Assembly: GCA_018224645.1 (NCBI GenBank)
Contig: JAGTVG010000095.1
Span: 1-37,756 of the forward strand
Source of the DNA: Cyclobacteriaceae bacterium
Lineage (GTDB): Bacteria; Bacteroidota; Bacteroidia; Cytophagales; Cyclobacteriaceae
Direction of reading: 5' to 3'
Length of the DNA stretch: 37,756 bases
The position numbers were made by a program, and so were the translations under genes. Shown here piece by piece: positions 35,090 through 37,756 of this stretch. Below the pieces are notes generated by a model. It did not search any database. It was not told where the DNA came from and saw only the letters and a program-made list of their open reading frames with translations. Positions within the stretch are counted from its first letter, which is position 1; each line of letters starts with the position of its first letter.

Positions 35090-35572
35090 ATGGAAAATAA
35101 GATCATTAAAAAATTCGGGAACCGTTTGCGTGTCAGGGTATCAGGAATCCTTGTTGAAGATGATCGTATTTTACTTGTAAGGCATAAATCACTTGGTAAG
35201 GGAGGGATCTTATGGGCCCCTCCAGGGGGGGGGATGAAGTTCGGATTTTCAGCTCATCAGAACCTGATCAGGGAATTTATGGAAGAGACAGGTCTGGAGA
35301 TCAGCATTTCCGGTTTCCTTTTTATCCATGAATTTTTACGGACTCCCCTGCATGCCATTGAATTGTTTTTTGAGGTCAGAAAAACTGGCGGCTCCCTCAG
35401 GACAGGCAAGGATCCGGAAATGAAGGCCAATGAGCAGATCATTGAAAAAGTGGAATTCATTGACTTTAAAAGTCTTATCCGGATGGAAAAGATGCAAATA
35501 CATCAAATATTGTGGGATTGTACATCCTATGAAGAATTAACCAGTAAAAGAGGATATTTAAAATTTGTATAA
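35090..35572 (+). CDS. NUDIX hydrolase
   Basis: Nudix box GGGMKFGFSAHQNLIREFMEETGLEI. The ATG at 35090 (MENKIIKKF..) is preferred over the track start at 35018, which overlaps the helicase start. Confidence 0.8.
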   Translation: MENKIIKKFGNRLRVRVSGILVEDDRILLVRHKSLGKGGILWAPPGGGMKFGFSAHQNLIREFMEETGLEISISGFLFIHEFLRTPLHAIELFFEVRKTGGSLRTGKDPEMKANEQIIEKVEFIDFKSLIRMEKMQIHQILWDCTSYEELTSKRGYLKFV

Positions 35573-35653
35573 ATCCTTTAATAAGGAATTGAATAAATTG
35601 TAAATTTAACTTTAATTTCCTTATTATTGCACAAGTAAACAAATTCCGGAAAC

Positions 35654-36445
35654 ATGGTAACACGCATAATATCCTACGTTTTTTTAGCCATTGCCCTCTA
35701 TTTGGGATACTTTCTTTTTGATAGCGTAAAGTCTGTTATCGATCAGGAAAAATATATTCAACGGGTGGAAACAAATACTATCGAAAAACTTCGGCTCATC
35801 AGGGATACGGAAGTAGCATATCAGATGGTTCATGGAAATTATACCTCCAACTGGGATTCACTGGTTAATTTTCTGCAGAGGGGAACGATTTATATCACGG
35901 AAAGAAAAGAGGAAATTGTACAGAAGGAATATGGGGCAGAGGAGGTAATCGTGCATATCGATACGGTTGGAAAAATGCCGGCCAAGGAATATGTGTTTAC
36001 CGAACTGAACCTGCTGACTGCCGGGGATACCGGAGTTATCACCAGCATTAACTTTGAAGAAGGAGACATAATCACCAAAAACTTCCAGTTGTATAGCCTG
36101 CAGACGAAGGTACGGCTCTTTAAAGTGAGATCACCCTATGAAGGTACTGTAACCAAAGTATATGTTTCTGAAGGAGCCCGCGTTAACAGGGGGGCAAATA
36201 TAGCGGATATTGTACGGTATAAATATCCCCCCGAAATTGATATCACCAGGTTACCTTTTGTACCCGGATCCAACAGGAAATTCGATATTTTTGCCGATGA
36301 GATCAACAGGAGTGGTGTGACCATTGATGTATTCGAGGTAAAAGACCCTAACCCGGTCAATCCGGCAAGGCGCAAGAATAATAATGAAAGAGCACTCCGG
36401 GTTGGATCAAGAACAGATGTTACAATAGCAGGAAATTGGGAATAA
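35654..36445 (+). CDS. N-terminally membrane-anchored hypothetical protein with an internal biotinyl/lipoyl-like (single hybrid motif) domain
   Basis: 263 aa with one N-terminal TM (IISYVFLAIALYLGYFLF). Residues ~124-186, DTGVITSINFEEGDIITKNFQLYSLQTKVRLFKVRSPYEGTVTKVYVSEGARVNRGANIADI, follow the lipoyl/biotinyl barrel-sandwich pattern. Confidence 0.6.
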   Translation: MVTRIISYVFLAIALYLGYFLFDSVKSVIDQEKYIQRVETNTIEKLRLIRDTEVAYQMVHGNYTSNWDSLVNFLQRGTIYITERKEEIVQKEYGAEEVIVHIDTVGKMPAKEYVFTELNLLTAGDTGVITSINFEEGDIITKNFQLYSLQTKVRLFKVRSPYEGTVTKVYVSEGARVNRGANIADIVRYKYPPEIDITRLPFVPGSNRKFDIFADEINRSGVTIDVFEVKDPNPVNPARRKNNNERALRVGSRTDVTIAGNWE

Positions 36446-36448
36446 ATT

Positions 36449-37342
36449 TTGTTGGCCATATCATCTATACAATTCAAATTATTACGCAAAGAAAAAGATC
36501 CTAAATTTGACATTGATAACCTGGAACATTACAACCTTTTGTTGCAGGTAGGATTCAGTGACATACAGGTATGCATCACTGACAGCCGGAAAAATAAAAT
36601 CATGTTACTTGAGGATTATATCATGCCAGGCGTCATCAGTCATGAGGAACGCGTGGATATTCTTGAATGTCTTTTTGATGATCACCACCTGTTGTTAGCC
36701 GGCTTCTGGAACCGGATCAAGGTGATGGTGAAAAATAGAAAGTTCTCGCTTGTCCCTTCCGCGCTTTTCCAGCATGAGAATGTCCAGGATTATATCAATC
36801 TGAATACTCAGGTCGATCAGGCCTCGGAGAATTTTTTTTACCGTGGGAATGAATCTATGGGATTGACCAATACGTTTGCCGTCAATAAGGAAGTCACCCG
36901 GTTCCTGACGCAGCAGACTTATCCGCACAAGGAGGTTCAGTTTTATCATCAGAGCAGTTCATTCATTGAAGGATTCCAGAAATATTTCGCAGGAATGTCA
37001 GGCAATGTAGTCGCCATTTACCTGGACAGGTTCAGGCTGCATGTAGCCTATTTCAGGGATGGGATCTTCAAGTTCTATAATCAGTATCCGGTAAAAACAT
37101 TCGATGATTATTACAGGTACATCGGATTCGTTGTGGATGAATTTTCGGTGGATCCCCATCAGGATCAATTTTATATCTGGGGTTACCTCCATAGGAGTTC
37201 CAAACATTTTAACACGCTTAAATCAAAATATCCCACCCTGATAACAGGAGAACGTCCTGCAGATCTATCCATGAGCTATGTATTCGATGAGATAGCAGAC
37301 CATCAGTATTTCGATCTTCTCAGCTTCAATCATCTTTCATGA
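36449..37342 (+). CDS. DUF3822-like protein
   Basis: 297 aa. The N-terminal ..YNLLLQVGFSDIQVCITD.. pattern, the size and the position just upstream of coaD resemble the Bacteroidota DUF3822 family. The track start is TTG, 3 nt after the upstream stop, and there is no early ATG, so the start is uncertain. Confidence 0.6.
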   Translation: MLAISSIQFKLLRKEKDPKFDIDNLEHYNLLLQVGFSDIQVCITDSRKNKIMLLEDYIMPGVISHEERVDILECLFDDHHLLLAGFWNRIKVMVKNRKFSLVPSALFQHENVQDYINLNTQVDQASENFFYRGNESMGLTNTFAVNKEVTRFLTQQTYPHKEVQFYHQSSSFIEGFQKYFAGMSGNVVAIYLDRFRLHVAYFRDGIFKFYNQYPVKTFDDYYRYIGFVVDEFSVDPHQDQFYIWGYLHRSSKHFNTLKSKYPTLITGERPADLSMSYVFDEIADHQYFDLLSFNHLS

Positions 37343-37346
37343 TCCA

Positions 37347-37756
37347 ATGGACAAAGTGGCACTTTTCCCAGGATCGTTCGATCCCTTTACCATGGGGCAT
37401 TATGACATTGTCATCAGGGGGTTGAAATTATTTGACAGGATCATCATTGCCATTGGCCATAATTCCACAAAGGAACGTTATTTTTCAATCGGGCTCATGA
37501 CGGACCGGATCAAGCGGGCTTTTGAAAAGTATGATAACATTGACGTGATCACCTACCAGGAACTGACGGCTACCGTCGCCAGAAAATACGGGGCAAAATA
37601 TCTGCTGCGGGGACTACGGAATACCACCGATTTTGAGTATGAAAACAGTATTGCCCAGGTGAATAGCCATCTTAATGAAGAACTTGAAACGGTTTTTTTA
37701 ATTACCTCTCCAAGATATGCCTCCATTAATTCATCGATCATTCGGGAAGTACATCG
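37347..37756 (+). CDS. coaD: Phosphopantetheine adenylyltransferase, 3'-truncated by the window edge (not in the supplied ORF track)
   Basis: My translation from the ATG at 37347 is MDKVALFPGSFDPFTMGHYDIVIRGL...YLLRGLRNTTDFEYENSIAQVN...ITSPRYASINSSIIREVH. It shows the canonical CoaD motifs (PGSFDP..GH, RGLR..DFEYE, SS..RE). The frame is open to the window end. Confidence 0.93.
   Translation, partial: MDKVALFPGSFDPFTMGHYDIVIRGLKLFDRIIIAIGHNSTKERYFSIGLMTDRIKRAFEKYDNIDVITYQELTATVARKYGAKYLLRGLRNTTDFEYENSIAQVNSHLNEELETVFLITSPRYASINSSIIREVH

Noticed and set aside
33631-35572. Helicase plus NUDIX as a possible anti-phage defence module.
   Set aside because: There is no associated nuclease, methyltransferase, TIR/SIR2, STAND or toxin domain. 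There are no flanking mobile-element genes and the neighbours are ordinary core genes. It is kept only as a low-interest note.
1-37756. Search by eye of all intergenic regions for tRNA, rRNA or tmRNA genes, CRISPR repeat-spacer arrays, IS inverted repeats, integrase-associated att-like direct repeats, and known riboswitch cores upstream of glmS, folP, metF and the pan genes.
   Set aside because: None was found. The intergenic regions are short and lack periodic repeats or cloverleaf-compatible sequences. The only tandem repeat is the coding 21-mer at 22199-22261. A covariance-model scan would be needed to exclude small ncRNAs formally.

Overview
This is a moderately AT-rich 37.8-kb chromosomal segment. 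Its gene content and signals point to phylum Bacteroidota: an archaeal/eukaryote-type ProRS, DUF4270, DUF1573, DUF3822, DUF1599, a bacterial GH3 protein, a MauE/DoxX 'BT_3928-like' protein, a short glycogen-synthase-like gene divergent from panC, and TAnnTTTG -7 boxes. I support 40 protein-coding genes. The first and last are cut by the window edges, and the last one (coaD) is missing from the supplied ORF track because it has no stop codon in the window. Genes are very tightly packed, with many 4-53 nt overlaps. Content is mostly housekeeping: phosphate uptake (PiT and NptA-like), panC/panD, glmS, apt, metF, proS, aroK, folP, cdaA, yggS, coaD, an acyl-CoA dehydrogenase, the FloA/NfeD membrane-raft pair, and a RecD-like helicase. 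I found no rRNA or tRNA genes, CRISPR arrays, transposases, integrases, phage structural genes or recognisable defence or toxin modules. The window therefore reads as core genome rather than an accessory island. The candidates for something undescribed are conserved-unknown modules. (1) The strongest is a self-contained two-gene unit at 21737-24714: a Sec-exported, extremely Tyr/Trp/Gly-rich and Ser/Arg/Asn-rich low-complexity protein followed by a FadL/PorV-like outer-membrane barrel. (2) A membrane-anchored protein with an embedded biotinyl/lipoyl-like domain lies next to DUF3822, upstream of coaD. (3) A bacterial GH3 amido-synthetase-like gene overlaps a LysE exporter gene. (4) An internally duplicated DUF1599 gene sits head-to-head with folP-cdaA. 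(5) A half-length glycogen-synthase-like gene that has lost its KTGGL motif overlaps a DUF4270 surface lipoprotein gene. (6) An archaeal-type GGGPS/PcrB gene is coupled to two small membrane-protein genes. All functional ideas are inferences from reading the sequence; no database search or computation could be run.
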